From the human T2T-CHM13v2.0 reference genome, Homo sapiens, in assembly GCF_009914755.1 (NCBI RefSeq), contig NC_060925.1: DNA of 64,000 bases; one strand, written 5' to 3'. The notes under the pieces were generated by a model. It saw only the letters and a list, made by a program, of their open reading frames with translations. It was not told the origin of the DNA and made no database searches. Positions 45,125 through 61,797 of the stretch are shown piece by piece. Each line of letters starts with the position of its first letter. The first letter of the stretch is position 1. The position numbers were made by a program, and so were the translations under genes.

Positions 45125-45707
45125 GAGAACACAAATCTTATAGTCAAAGGCTAGGTTTGCATTCTGACACCACTTCTTCTGAGCTGGGGGACCTTGGGCA
45201 AGTTAGTTAACCTATCAAAACCTCTGACTGATCCTGTATAAATGGGGATAATAATAGTATCTACCACATAAGTTGTTGAGATGTATTTAAGGCTGTATAG
45301 TACATAATAATTACTCGATGGTAATTTGTTTTTTCATGATGTTCACATTTACACTATTTCCATTTGATCCTCACAACAACCAGGTCAGAAGGCAGGACAG
45401 GTATTATGTACTTTTTATAGAAAAGGAACTGACACAGAGTCATACATGAATGATCTGTAAAGCCTACGAAGGAGCCCTCTTTGTTAATCACATAGCTTTT
45501 TTCCCCCTTTTGGTGGCATACTTGATGGATCTTAGAGAATTTAAAAGTTGCTGAGATTTGTAAGAATTAGTTAAAGTCTGTAAGTCCAAAGCCTTGATTA
45601 TGCTTTGGAAACCACTTCAGTGTGTTATATAAGTTGAGGAAAATCCTTACAGACAGTCCCTTGTTTTGTGAGATAGAGTTCTAAGGCCATTTCTACAACT
45701 GGTTTAG

Positions 45708-46069
<362 letters not shown>

Positions 46070-46242
46070 TCACAGCCTCTCTTTCAAACATGCAGTTCGT
46101 TTCTTGTGTAGGGTTTAATGAAAGTGTAGCTGCCCAAGCTTTGGAACTTAGTGCAAAAGTTTACCATTCAGGTGTGATATTAATAATTAAATGTTTCCAG
46201 GAAGCCAGCAGGGATGGTTAAATCCACAAAAACTCTGCTTAA

Positions 46243-46540
<298 letters not shown>

Positions 46541-46740
46541 CTTTTTAAAAATCAGCTAAGACCACTAAAGGGAATTTGAAGAGCTGAATGAGAAACGGGA
46601 GGTACCTTTCTGTGGCAGAAGCCACGTGAATCCAAACTTTTTTTTTTTTAATCTGCAGGGTACAGCTGCAGGTCATGGTAAGAAGGTGATGGTGGGGAGG
46701 GGTAAGGATATCCTGGAGCCCTATAAAATATGTCTGCTCA

Positions 46741-47015
46741 GGTTGGGCGCGGTGGCTCACGCCTGTAATCCCAGCACTTTCGGAGGCTGAGGCGGGTGGG
46801 TCATGAGGTCAGGAGATGAAGACCAACCTCCCCAACGTAGTGAAACCCCATCTCTACTAAAAAAGTACAAAAATTAGCTGTGTGTGGTGGCGTGCCTGTA
46901 GTCCCAGCTACTCTGGAAGCTGAGGCAGGAGAATCGCTTGAACCCGGGAGGTGGAGGTTGCGCCACTGCACTCCAGCCTGGCAACAGAGCGAGACTCCCT
47001 TTCAAAAAAAAAAAA
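46741..47015 (+). mobile_element. Alu
   Basis: Full Alu with small deletion; GTCTGCTCA TSD. Confidence 0.92.
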
Positions 47016-47293
47016 GTCTGCTCAACTTGTCATAAACAAGGGCACATAGCAACAAAACTTTTAGAAGTTATTGTTGTTAATACTGGGAGCTTCTGAATCA
47101 GAAACAAAGGTGAAAGAGTGGTTGTGTTTTGTTATGTTATGTGAAGCAGAGGGAGAAAATTATAGGACTTCTAATTAATGTTCGAATCCTTGGTTCACAA
47201 TCCGGTTTTGACACTCCCTAGGTACTATTGCATTTGGCTTCACTTTCCTCAAAGCCAGTCATAAGGATTAGTAGAATGACTGGATGAATATAG

Positions 47294-47533
<240 letters not shown>

Positions 47534-47628
47534 TGAGCCACTCTTGTAGAGCCAAGATGTGAATGAATGTTGAGCATTGGTAGGATGTGATCATAACTTC
47601 CTGTTGTATGCTAAATAGAACTTGAATC

Positions 47629-47924
47629 AGCCTGACAGATGGCTCACTCCTGTAATCTCAGCACTTTGGGAGACCAATGTGGGAAGATTGCTTGAGGTCA
47701 GGAGTTCAAGACCAGCCTGGGCAACATAGCTAGACTGCCTCTACAAAAAATAAAATTAAAATATTTGTTAGGCATGGTGACATGCACCTGTAGTCTTAGC
47801 TACTCAGGAGGCTGAGATCGGAGGATTGCTTAAGCCCAGGAGTTTGAGGCTGCAGTGAGCTATGATTGCCCCACCGTACTCTAGCCTGGGCAACAGAGTG
47901 AGGTCCTATCCTTAAAAAAAAAAA
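47629..47924 (+). mobile_element. Alu (J-like)
   Basis: Diverged full Alu; AACTTGWATCA TSD. Confidence 0.88.
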
Positions 47925-48069
47925 CTTGTATCACTTAATCATTTATTTCTTAGGAAATGAAATACAGGTTAGAATTAGGTTTATTCTGTTGGCTCATGCA
48001 AGTCCCTTTTCCTAATGTTTCCAGATTAATGAAAAAAGGTGAGTCTAACATAATAAACATACTAATAAT

Positions 48070-48325
48070 AAAAACTGCCATTTATTTAGTGATTAGCATG
48101 TGCCAGGAAACATGTAGTGAATTTGTGCATTATCTCATTTTATCTTCACAACAATTTTATGAACCAGATATCTGTATTTTATTCCCATTTTACAGATATT
48201 GAGATTGACTCTTGGAAATGTGAAGTAACTTACCTAGTGTCATGCAGCTCATAAGTGGCAGATACAGAATTCACATAGAGTTTGTTTGACTTCAGAGCAT
48301 CTTGACTATAGCCACAGCACTGTTC
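48070..48325 (-). mobile_element. MIR
   Basis: CATGTGCCAGG...ATTCCCATTTTACAGAT...AAGTAACTTACC. Confidence 0.75.
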
Positions 48326-48464
48326 TGCTTCTGTATTAAAGCAAGACATATCATGACTAAAGAATAGAAACTAATTATGGTAGGGTGAAACTATAGTTCT
48401 CTATGTTAGGACTCTGATAATAAACTGAAATCTCTTAGGATGAACTCGAACTTGTTTTTTTCAG

Positions 48465-48546
48465 GGTTTTGAATATAGCCGTTCTGGAAATCCCACTAGG
48501 AATTGCCTTGAAAAAGCAGTGGCAGCACTGGATGGGGCTAAGTACT
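48465..48546 (+). CDS. CTH: Cystathionine gamma-lyase, exon 2
   Basis: TTTTTTTCAG|GGT...ACT|GTAAGT; GFEYSRSGNPTRNCLEKAVAALDGAKY; 82 nt; family YxRxxNPT motif. Confidence 0.98.
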
Positions 48547-48772
48547 GTAAGTAATTTCCATTTCACAGTCTAGAATCTATTTTTAAATGTATAGAGAAAA
48601 CCATAGAGGCACAGAATGTGGAACTGAAAAGAAACAGATTTGCTAGTTCAAAATTCCTGTTCTACTGCCTTTGAATTCTTTGCCCAAGGTCCCTCAGTTG
48701 GTATAATATGCATATGTGTAATCATCAGGTAAAAATACATATGAATAGAGGACAAATGAATAAAGGAAAAAA

Positions 48773-48828
48773 TTCACACGAATACTACATTTATTAATAC
48801 TACATTTATCATGTAGTATTCATGTGAA
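48773..48828. repeat. 18-bp imperfect inverted repeat with internal direct duplication
   Basis: TTCACACGAATACTACAT / ATGTAGTATTCATGTGAA (17/18); spacer repeats AATACTACATTTAT. Confidence 0.85.
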
Positions 48829-48910
48829 AACAATCTTCATCTGAAACTGTCAGTATAAATAAATAAATGGAAATTAAATTTAATAACACCACCTATTAGA
48901 ATATAAAATC

Positions 48911-49586
<676 letters not shown>

Positions 49587-49746
49587 TGATAATGTGCTGT
49601 CAGAGATTAGAGATTAACTCCCTAAACTTTTTTTTTTAATGAAGAGAGTCTTGTGTATTCATTGTGATTACACTTATCAGACAAATCTCAGGTCTGATTG
49701 CGAGTTTTGTTAAAATATTTACTGAATTGCATATTCATATAATTAA

Positions 49747-50118
<372 letters not shown>

Positions 50119-50445
50119 TAAACTGTAGTTTAACTGGCAATAGGCCTTTTATCTCAGATATTTGTAAAGAATTATTTTCTTGAAGTGTTTCAGAGAAATA
50201 TTATTACCAAGGCAAAATTGACTTAACACAAAAGTATCTGTCCACATTATATATTTTTTATTTTAAAGATATCTTATTCTTGAAATAGAAAAGGAGATTT
50301 TGTAATGGTATTAATCAGGGGCCTCTAGCAACTCAGCAGTGATGGCTTCCTATCTGCATTAAAGTAAGTCAGGTAAATACTTGGAGGTGTGTTGTAACCT
50401 ATAGGCCTGACTTTTCAGCTTACTCTAACTTGATTTTTATTTTAG

Positions 50446-50541
50446 GTTTGGCCTTTGCTTCAGGTTTAGCAGCCACTGTAACTATTACCCATCTTTTAAA
50501 AGCAGGAGACCAAATTATTTGTATGGATGATGTGTATGGAG
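50446..50541 (+). CDS. CTH: Cystathionine gamma-lyase, exon 3
   Basis: ATTTTAG|GT...GAG|GTAGGT; (C)LAFASGLAATVTITHLLKAGDQIICMDDVYG(G); 96 nt, phase 1-1. Confidence 0.98.
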
Positions 50542-50749
50542 GTAGGTGACCCCTCTCATTTATATTCTGTAAACTTGTATTTTACAGATAATAAAGTGAG
50601 CCCTGAATTAATATTAACAATGTTGCCAGTATTTTTGATTATTTATTATAGTTTACAGGTGTGACGGGTACCTCTATGCTCTCTCAGACTTGGGAAAAGA
50701 GGAGCATAAACACTTAGGGTCCATGTTCTGGAACTGCTTATAAGAGAGA

Positions 50750-51057
50750 TTATTTATTTATTTATTTGTTTATTTTTAGATAGGATCTCACTCTGTCACC
50801 CGGGTTGGAGTGGAGTGGTACGATCTCAGCTCACTGCAGTCTCCGCCTCCTGGGTTCAAATGGTTCTCATGCCCTAGCCTCCTGAATAGCTGGGACCCCA
50901 GGCGCATGCCACCACACCTGACTAATTTTTGTATTTTTTGTAGAGACGGGGTTTCGTTGTGTTGGTCAGGCTGGTCTGGAACTCCTGAGCTCAAGTGATC
51001 CTCCCTCTCCAGCCTCCCAAAGTTTTGGAATTACGGGCGCGAGCCGCCTCACCTGGC
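50750..51057 (-). mobile_element. Alu
   Basis: Reverse Alu with (TTTA)n tail; AGAGATTATTTA TSD. Confidence 0.92.
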
Positions 51058-51430
51058 CAGAGATTATTTACTAAGAATAGTATTTAAGGTGCTAGAATGA
51101 ATACGTAGCACTTGATCAACTTGCAGACATATTCTGCTCTAGAGAAGATAAGGTTTAGAGAGACAGTGTTCTCCTGTAACTTAATTTTTACCTGTAATAA
51201 AGATGAAATACAACTCAGGTTACTCTCAAGAGTTCAACCCCACACATCCCCTTTTGCTTTTTATTTTTTGTTTGGCACCAGGGAAACTTTCAAAAATTTG
51301 TTGAGAGATATGGGCCTCTTTTCCCAAAAAATGTTCTTAAGACTACACTGAGTGATTAGCATTTTAATTTTAGGGGTCTCATGGATTGAACCGCTGAAGC
51401 CCATCTATGGCTCTAAATTTAAGAACTTCC

Positions 51431-52214
51431 CATTAACTCTTCATTTAGCATTAGGTATATCTCCTAATGCTATCCCTCCCCCCTCCCCCCACCCCACAAC
51501 AGTCCCTGGTGTGTGATGTTCCCCTTCCTGTGTCCATGTGTTCTCATTGTTCAATTCCCACCTATGAGTAAGAACATGTGGTGTTTGGTTTTTTGTCCTT
51601 GTGATAGTTTGCTGAGAATGATAGTTTCCAGCTTCATCCCTGTCCCTACAAAGGACATGAACTCATCCTTTTTTATGGCTGCATAGTATTCCATGTGTAT
51701 ATGTGCCACATTTTCTTAATCCAGTCTATCACTGTTGGACATTTGGGTTGGTTCCAAGTCTTTGCTATTGCGAATAGTGCCGCAATAAACATACATGTGC
51801 ATGTGTCTTTATAGCAGCATGATTTATAATCCTTTGGGTATATACCCAGTAATGGGATGGCTGGGTCAAATGGTATTTCTAGTTCTAGATCCCTGAGGAA
51901 TCACCACACTGACTTCTACAATGGTTGAACTAGTTTACAGTCCCACCAACAGTGTAAAAGTGTTCCTATTTCTCCACAACCTCTCCAGCACCTGTTGTTT
52001 CCTGACTTTTTAATGATCGCCATTCTAACTGGTGTGAGATGGTATCTCACTGTGGTTTTGATTTGCATTTCTCTGATGGCCAGTGATGATAAGCATATAC
52101 CTAACGCTAAATGATGAGTTAATGGGTGTAGCACACCAACATGGCACATGTATACATATGTAACAAACCTGCATGTTGTGCACATGTACCCTAAAACTTA
52201 AAGTATAATAAAAA
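51431..52214 (+). mobile_element. Truncated, 5'-inverted L1PA (L1PA3-5-like) insertion
   Basis: Antisense ORF2 end/3'UTR 51431-52096, sense 3' end 52095-52214 with A tail; 16-bp TSD AAATTTAAGAACTTCC at 51415-51430 and 52215-52230. Confidence 0.95.
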
Positions 52215-52395
52215 AAATTTAAGAACTTCCATTCCAAAGAAATTAAATGTTAGCTATTTAAAGTGGTGAATGTGGAGAAGACAGGCTTGCCCTTGCCTTT
52301 AAGCCCACTGATTTTTGTATTTAAAACAAAAGCAAGGAATTTTGTGAATATACATATACATATATTCCAGATGCTTCCAAATAATTAAAATGTGA

Positions 52396-53148
<753 letters not shown>

Positions 53149-54074
53149 CTTTAAAGGAAGGGACTTACTCTTAGTAATCATTTTATCCCTCAGAAATTTG
53201 CACAATGTTTCGTATTTTATCTTAGTTTCTTATATTAGCTTGTTGAGTTGAAATTATAGAAATCTGAAACCTTTAGATACTTTTATAATGCAATATAAAA
53301 GTCTCATGGCAAACATAGGTATAAAATCCTGAAAATTGTTGATTTTAAAGAACTTTTTACATTATTTTTCAATTTTATATTACCTAGGGTCAGTCTACAT
53401 ACCATCAAAAGTCTAGTTTCTCATTAATGACAGAATATTCTTTTGTTGTTGTTGTTGTTATTGAGTATCAATATCAATTTTTTCTTTAAGTTTTTATGTG
53501 TAAAAATCAAATCTAGGTGTATTTATAAAAAATTATTTTAAGTCAAATGATTTACCTTGTTTCACTGTAAAAATCTGGTAGTTTGATTTATATTGTCTCA
53601 TTTTATCGATTAAAACTTTCAGAACTACATAACAAAAAGATCAAAAAAGTACAAAGAATAGTAACCAATTCTTTTCCATTACAAAGTATATTGAAATTTA
53701 TTTTGAACCTTTCATTGACATTGATTCATTTAGTTTAGAGTTGAGAACTAGGTAGAAATTGTTTGAAAAGATATGATGTTTCAGGAAGCATGTCACTTAG
53801 TGGAGATTGGATGTTTTGAAAAACATTATTTGCTTCATGCTACTTTTGGATCTCAAGTGTGTTTTATTTGACTCTTGAGCCTTTAGAGAACAAACCTTAT
53901 TATTCTTTACTATATCAGATAGCCGAACTATTTAACCAAACTAGAATTGCTTTTAGTTGCATTTTCCTTGGTGACTGAGAGTTCCATATATTTTGTAAGT
54001 GTTTATACATAGAAGGAATGAATGTTTCTTAATGCAATGTTCTTTTCATTTTATCTGATTCCCTTCTGTCTCAG

Positions 54075-54184
54075 GTACAAACAGGTACTTCAGGCAAGTG
54101 GCATCTGAATTTGGATTAAAGATTTCTTTTGTTGATTGTTCCAAAATCAAATTACTAGAGGCAGCAATTACACCAGAAACCAAG
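54075..54184 (+). CDS. CTH: Cystathionine gamma-lyase, exon 4
   Basis: TGTCTCAG|GT...AAG|GTAACT; (G)TNRYFRQVASEFGLKISFVDCSKIKLLEAAITPETK; 110 nt. Confidence 0.98.
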
Positions 54185-54339
54185 GTAACTCAGCTCATTT
54201 TCAGTTTTGCCTGTTTTTCCTTCGATGTTTTGTTTTCATCATTTCTGTTTACTAGAGGATATAATTTAATGTGAATAACAAATTTTATTTTATGCCATTG
54301 GAAACATCAACAAAATTAAGATAGACTGTCATCTCCGGG

Positions 54340-54565
54340 GTGTTATAGCATAATGGTAGTACATGATTTCTGGAGTAGAATTCAAATTGTGATTCTGTTA
54401 TCTTAGTTAGTATATTATCTTGGGCAAATTATTTAACCAAAGTCTCAGTTTCTTCATTTGCAAAATGGAGATAATTATACCGGTTTTATAGAAACGGGAG
54501 TGTGAGAATCAAATGAGATAATGAATATGAAATGCTTAGTATAGTTCCTGGATACATGGTAATTG
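54340..54565 (+). mobile_element. MIR
   Basis: CTTGGGCAAATTATTTAACC...CTCAGTTTCTTCATTTGCAAAATGG. Confidence 0.78.
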
Positions 54566-55118
54566 TTAAAAAAATTTCTATGCAGGAGCACCTAATTTTT
54601 AACTGCATAGCCAAAAGAGTATTGGTAACAGAAGTCATCACAGAGATTGGACTATAGAAAAAGAAGCCTGCCAAACCCCCAAACTCGAAGCACAGTGGCT
54701 TTGCCGGGCTGTAAGGGATGCTGCCCAGATACTAGTTAGATGTGGAGAATAGGCCACAAGCAATCTTTAGCTTCCATCCTGGGAAATTTGTATGCCACCG
54801 GAAGGTGTTTTGTGTCTGAGTGAATGGCATATGTGATATTCTTTCTTGGGACCTTATTTAAATTCTGTGTGGATAAAAGAAGGACCAGTGTCTTTTATAA
54901 GTCAGCTGTTTACAACTTTTTGCTAATGATTAAAAGGTTAGAATTGTACCCAAGATTGTGTTGCAATGAATGCTAAAAAATAAATATCTTTTCATGTACA
55001 AATAATTACTTTGCACATTAACATGGTTGAGCTTTTGGTAATTAAGGTTTGTTTCCAGAAGAACTTGTTTTTTATCTTGCTTGGGAGAAAAGTCACATTA
55101 AAATAGCTGGTCTGAGTC

Positions 55119-55418
<300 letters not shown>

Positions 55419-55798
55419 CTGGTCTGAATCTTTCTAAGGGAGGAAAGCAAATTATGAGTACAGTAAGTCTTGTCAACAGAATTTTATATAGTGACTCTAC
55501 CAACTTGAATTAATACCTTTTCCTTCCTAAAATATCAGGTTTTTCACTTGAAGTAGAATGTTTAAGTCCATGTAAAACCTACTTTTTATTTATTTGGTAA
55601 TTTTTATTTTTTTTATTATCAGTAGGAATAATAAATTCTTACCAGGAATAATTTTTATAGATTCTTTAAATAATTCAAGATTTTTGTAGAATATGTATTA
55701 TTTAACCATCTTATCTTTTCCAGAGTAAAACTCTAAAGTCAGAAGAGTTTAAACCAGATCTCTTGCCCATTTAAATAACAGGTAATAAAAAAAGAATC

Positions 55799-56094
55799 AG
55801 CTGGGCACAGTGGCTCATGCCTGTAATACCAGCACTTTGGGAGGCTGAGGCAGGAGGATCACTTGAACCAGGAGTTCAAGATATATAGCGAGACCCTTTC
55901 TCTGCAAAAAAAAAAAAATAATAATAATAATTGGCCGAGCATGGTGGCACATGCCTGTAGTTCCAACTACTGGGGAGGCTGAGGTAGGAGGATCACTTGG
56001 GCCTGAAAGGTCGAAGCTGCCGTTAGCTGTGATCATGCCACTGCACTCTAGCCTGGGCAACAAAGTGAGACCCTGCTGCTTAAAAAAAAAAAAA
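55799..56094 (+). mobile_element. Alu (J-like)
   Basis: Diverged full Alu. Confidence 0.88.
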
Positions 56095-56794
56095 GAAAGT
56101 AATTCAGTACAATGGCATTTCGTTCAACAAATAGAATTCTTTTCTTTGGTCTTTTTGATAACTATCAAGCATCTACCATGTGTCTGAATTGTGGTAGGTT
56201 TTGAGATATAAAGGTCATTGTTACTTTTTAAGTAGGCGGTAACCACGTTTTCTGTTGTGGGTGTCACTTTTCTTCTTTAGTCTAAAGCCCATGCTCTTCA
56301 AGACTTAGATACTTATTCTATAGTTTCTAGAGTTTCTGGCATTAAGTTCATATTAAATATATTTTTGGCATCATAGGGATAATTCTCTTTCATTAAAATT
56401 CTAGGATGTATTCTTACACAATCTATGTTATTCATCTCTGAGACAAAATTTCCAGACACTGAGCTGTCTTTGGAATACACTTTCTTTTTTAAGAAAAGTA
56501 CAATAATTAACTTTAGTACTTTTCTGTTTACATGTACGTTATCTCACTTGATCTTTACAAAAAATTCTGTAAGATAGGTATTACCAACCCAATTATACAG
56601 ATCAATAGGATACATTACATACCTACGGCTTCAGAAATTTGCAGGTAAGGCTGGGATTCAGATTTGAACCTCCCAACATCATCATCCATGTGTTTCCATT
56701 ATACAATGTAGCTTCCCAGATTGTTACAATATATGAGATGTATGTTTGTAAAGTATATTTTTACAAACTACTGTTATTTGCTGAATTATTTTAG

Positions 56795-56926
56795 CTTGTT
56801 TGGATCGAAACCCCCACAAACCCCACCCAGAAGGTGATTGACATTGAAGGCTGTGCACATATTGTCCATAAGCATGGAGACATTATTTTGGTCGTGGATA
56901 ACACTTTTATGTCACCATATTTCCAG
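56795..56926 (+). CDS. CTH: Cystathionine gamma-lyase, exon 5 (aa 153-196)
   Basis: ATTTTAG|CTT...CAG|GTAAAT; [44 protein letters not shown]; 132 nt, phase 0-0; ETPxNP and VDNTF motifs. Confidence 0.98.
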
Positions 56927-57170
56927 GTAAATGAAAATAATTTTTTTTGGCACAATTAGTAGACCACATATATCTGTAATTAGGAAAGAAAGGACTTGCT
57001 TAAATTAAAATCATGATCAAATTCATGAAATCTAATCATAATTAATTATTTACTGGATCGAGAATTAAATTTGGACCTCTTCTACCATTAGTTAATATCT
57101 TTTCAAACCTATGTTAATATCCTCTATGTTACTTTGTGTTTTTTATTTATTAAAGCTTACCAGTTCTCAG

Positions 57171-57521
<351 letters not shown>

Positions 57522-57786
57522 TTATGCATAGTAAGGACTTGAATGTTTATGCATTGATTACAAATCAGTCATATTTTTCAGTCACCTTGAATATTTTTAT
57601 ATATATTCTAAAAGAAAAGTGATGCTCAATGATTTCAGTATATATTATACATATTATTTCTCTTCTTCTAGTTTTTATTCCTTCAGCACTCCATATACTA
57701 TGCCTAGATCTCTTTAACTTATTATTATTTTGAACTTTTACTTTATTTATTTTACATTATAGCTGTAAGTATTTATAGTGCTCTTA

Positions 57787-58549
57787 TGTTAGTCTCTTTG
57801 GGTGGCCATAACAGAATACTATAAACTGGGTGGCTTACAAACAGCAATTTATTTCTCACAGTTCTGAAGGCTGGGAAGTCCTCAATCAAAGTGCCAGCAG
57901 ATTCAGTACCGGTGAGGGCCCACTTTCTGGTCCATAGATGGAGCCTTCTCGCTGTGTCCTCACATGGTAGAAGAGACAAGGCAGTTATCTGGGGCCTCTT
58001 TTATCAGGGCACTGTATTAGTCCATTCTCACACTGCTATAAAGAAATAATCCGAGACTGCGTAATTTATAAAGAAAGAGGTTTAATTGGCTCACAGTTCT
58101 GCAGGCTGTACAGAAAGCATGATGCTGGCATCTGCTTGGCTTCTGGGGAGGCCTCAGAAAACTTACAATAATGGCAGAAGGCAAAGGGGAGCAGGCACAA
58201 CACATGACCAGAGTAAGAGCAAGAGAGAGAACGAGGGGGAAGGTGCTACACACTTTTAAACAACCAAATCTCACAAGAACTCACTCACAATTGTGAGGAC
58301 AGTCCCAAGGGGAGATGACTCTAAACCATTCATGATATATCCACCCTCATGAACTAATCACCTCCCTCCAGGCCCCACCTCCAACATTTGGGGATTACAA
58401 CTCAACATGAGATTTGGTGGCGACACAGATCCAAACCATATCAGGCAAAAATCACCCTAATCACCTCCCAAAGGCCCACCTCCTAATCATACTAGTGATT
58501 AGATTTCAATCTATGAATTTTGGAGGACACAAATGTTCAGACCATAGCA
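57787..58549 (-). mobile_element. MLT1A-like MaLR LTR interrupted by an MST LTR
   Basis: GGCCATAACAGAATAC...ATTTATTTCTCACAGTTCTG...GGACACAAATGTTCAGACCATAGCA. Confidence 0.82.
58013..58443 (-). mobile_element. MSTA-like MaLR solo LTR
   Basis: TGTATTAGTCCATTCTCACACTGCTATAAAG...CAGATCCAAACCATATCA; TSD GGCAC/GGCAA. Confidence 0.9.
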
Positions 58550-60162
58550 GCTCTCTTTAAAGATTTCTTTCGCTACCTAGCCCCCTCTGCATTTGTTTCC
58601 TCCCCAGACCACCCCTCCCATACATCTATCCTTTCCTTTTTTCTCTGTCTTGTGTCTAGTTTCATCCTCTTTTGTGTTTCACTTTCTTTTGTAGATCACT
58701 TTGGGATCTCTTTATAATTAACTTGTTTCCTGCCTTTTCCACACAAGTTCTCCCTCTCTTTCCTCTGAGTAACCCAACTCTTTCCTTTCCTTGTTAGGAG
58801 ATACCTTCTTCCTGCTCTTTTCTTCCTGCCTGTACCTTGTCATACTTAGTACACTTCCTGTAGTTCATCTCTATTCTGCAGAGTTCCTGAAAACCAGCTC
58901 ATTTTCTCTGGCTCTTCAATTGGGCAGATGTTTACAGGTTTTATTGTTTACATTTCCCCCCTTCTGTTCTGGGTCCCTGAAGTTGATCCAGGTTGCTGCC
59001 TCCATGTGACTGGCTGACTCCCTGGGCAGTTGGTATAAACCTGCTTTTCACCTTCCTCCATTTTATTCGAAGGCATTGTCATGGTTTATTTTCCTTTCCT
59101 GAAGCACACTTCCTGGCTACATTGCATTCAGACACCTTCGTGGGCCATCTGCCTTTGGCTCATAATGTATCTTTGATTGCTGATTTTATCAGGTAAAGCA
59201 GTCTGTTTCCCAGTGAAAAATCTTCTGGCATTGTCTATTTGGCATCTTCTATTTGTCCCAGGTGGTTTTCAGTGTAAGATTCCTTATCGCAACTCCTTAG
59301 CCCATATGCCACTTACATTAGGCCAGTTAATACAGCATAGGATAGCTTTAGCTGAGACACAGTGAGTCCTGTATATTCCCAAAAAGATTGCATACGTTTT
59401 GTAGCCTGGACCTGCCCGGGTTACTCATCAAACCTGGCCCTCTTTCTCCTATTACTGTCACTAACATAGGTCTAGTTTTTCTACCTTTTTGAAGCCCACA
59501 TCACATTCCGCATGCCAATGATTGGAATTTGCTTCATTTCAATTTGGATTTATTCCAGCTGAAATACTCAGAATCGCATCATCCCTAAGTAGCCACATGT
59601 GTTGTTTCCATGAAGCAAATCTTCCTGAAAAAAATCTTCTCATTGTCTTACCTTAATGAAAATGGAATATATTCTCTTTCTTCCCAGTCTTTTGTCCTCT
59701 GGATCTTCTGTAAGTCTCACGAAAGGCAAAATAGACCTACCATCATCAAGTTTCAGAGTAGCACCTCTGGAGTCAGGCAGTCTGGGTGTGAGTCCTGGCT
59801 CTACCAGCTTTTTAATCTGAGGGATCTATCTCATTTTTCTTAGTCCCCTTTCCTCACCTGTATGATGAGAGCCATAAAGGTACTGATTTTATTGAGTTAG
59901 GTATTTTGTACACTGCTTCCCTGGGTTATATAAAGTACGTAGCATGATTCTCAGAAGATAATGAGATCAGAGGTGTTAGTGATTTGGTTTTTATTTTTCC
60001 TTCTCTTTTGGCTGTAGAGTTTACAGAATGTTAGCACTAGAAAAGACCTTAGGCCTCACCTACTTTGACCCCATCCCTTTAGGAACCCTAAATGAAAAGT
60101 TCCCATAGCCACCTATACTAATATCTTCCAAAGACTAAACAGCTCTAATGAGGGTGAAATAA

Positions 60163-60521
<359 letters not shown>

Positions 60522-60599
60522 TTGACAGTGTTTTATTAAGTGGAAAGTCTACACTTTTCACTCTGGTTGTAAACAAATACATTTTAAGACTACAGGATT

Positions 60600-61010
60600 A
60601 ACCTAGAGGACATTATGTTAAGTGAAATAAGCCAGGCACAGACAGACATATATAGCATGATCTCATTCATGTGTGGAATGTAAAAAATGTTGATCTCATA
60701 GAAGTAGTGAATAGAACAGCGGTTACTAGAGTCTGGGGAAGGGAGGGTGGAGGTGGGGAGGACAGAGGATGGTCAATGGGTACAAAGTTACAATTAGAAG
60801 GAGGAATAGAGGAATAAGTTTTGGTGTTCTACTGCACAAAAGGATGATCATAGTTACAATAAGATACTGTATATATCAAAATAGGAGAGAGGATTTTAAA
60901 TGTTTCTACTACAAAGAAATGATAAATATTTGAGATGATGGGCATGCTAATTACCCTGCTTTTGATCATTACACAATTACACATGTATTGAGCATCACAT
61001 TATACTCCAT
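60600..61010 (+). mobile_element. L1MA-type 3' fragment
   Basis: GAGGACATTATGTTAAGTGAAATAAGCCAGGCACAG...CAAAGAAATGATAAAT...GATCATTACACA. Confidence 0.85.
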
Positions 61011-61110
61011 GACTTAAAGGATTAATTTACAGGAAAATTGGGTGAAAGAAAACACTTTTAAAAATTCCTTTTCATTTTTATTTTTCTTAATTCTCCCAGT
61101 TTCAGACATA

Positions 61111-61397
61111 TTTATTTATTTATTTATTTATTTGAGACAGAATCTTGCTCTGTCACCCAGGCTGGAGTGCAGTGGTGTCATGAAAAGCTCACTGCAACCT
61201 CTGCCTCCTGGGTTCAAGTGATTCTCCTGCCTCAGCCTCCTGAGTAGCTGGGATTACAGGTGCGTGCCACCATGCTCAGCTAATTTTTTTGTATTTTTAG
61301 TAGAGATAGGGTTTCACCATGTTGGCCAGGCTGGGCTCAAACTCATGGCCTCAAGTGATCCACCCACCTCAGCCTCCCAAAGTATTGGGATTACAGG
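61111..61397 (-). mobile_element. Alu
   Basis: Reverse Alu. Confidence 0.92.
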
Positions 61398-61420
61398 TAT
61401 GAGCCCCCGCACCCAGCAAA

Positions 61421-61596
61421 TTTCTTTCTTTCTTGTTGTTTTTTAAGATAAAGTCTTGCTCTGTCACTCAGGCTGAAGTGCAGCGGCTTGATCATGGTCC
61501 ACTGCAGCCTGAAACTCCTGATCTCAAGTGATCCTTCTGCCTCAGCCCCCTAAATTGCTGGGATTACAGGAGTGAGCCATTCTCCAACTCCCAGCC
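61421..61596 (-). mobile_element. Alu monomer (FAM/FRAM-like)
   Basis: Single diverged arm. Confidence 0.75.
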
Positions 61597-61599
61597 GTC

Positions 61600-61797
61600 T
61601 AGATTTCTTGTAATACCTAATACAATGTACATGCTTTATAAATGGTTGTTACACTATATTGTTTAGGAACTAATGACAAGAAAAAAGTCTGTACATGTTC
61701 AATACAGACACAACTGTTCATCTATTTTTCCAAGTATTTTTTTACCCATGGTTGGTTGAATCCATGGATGTGAAACCCACACATAGGAAGGGCTGAG
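61600..61797. mobile_element. MER2 (Tigger family) terminal fragment
   Basis: TAATACCTAATACAATGT...GACAAGAAAAAAGTCTGTACATGTTCA...GGTTGGTTGAATCCATGGATG. Confidence 0.8.

Noticed and set aside
51916-52237. ORFs with L1 ORF2 C-terminal similarity ([11 protein letters not shown])
   Set aside because: Fragment of the inverted L1, fused across the inversion junction
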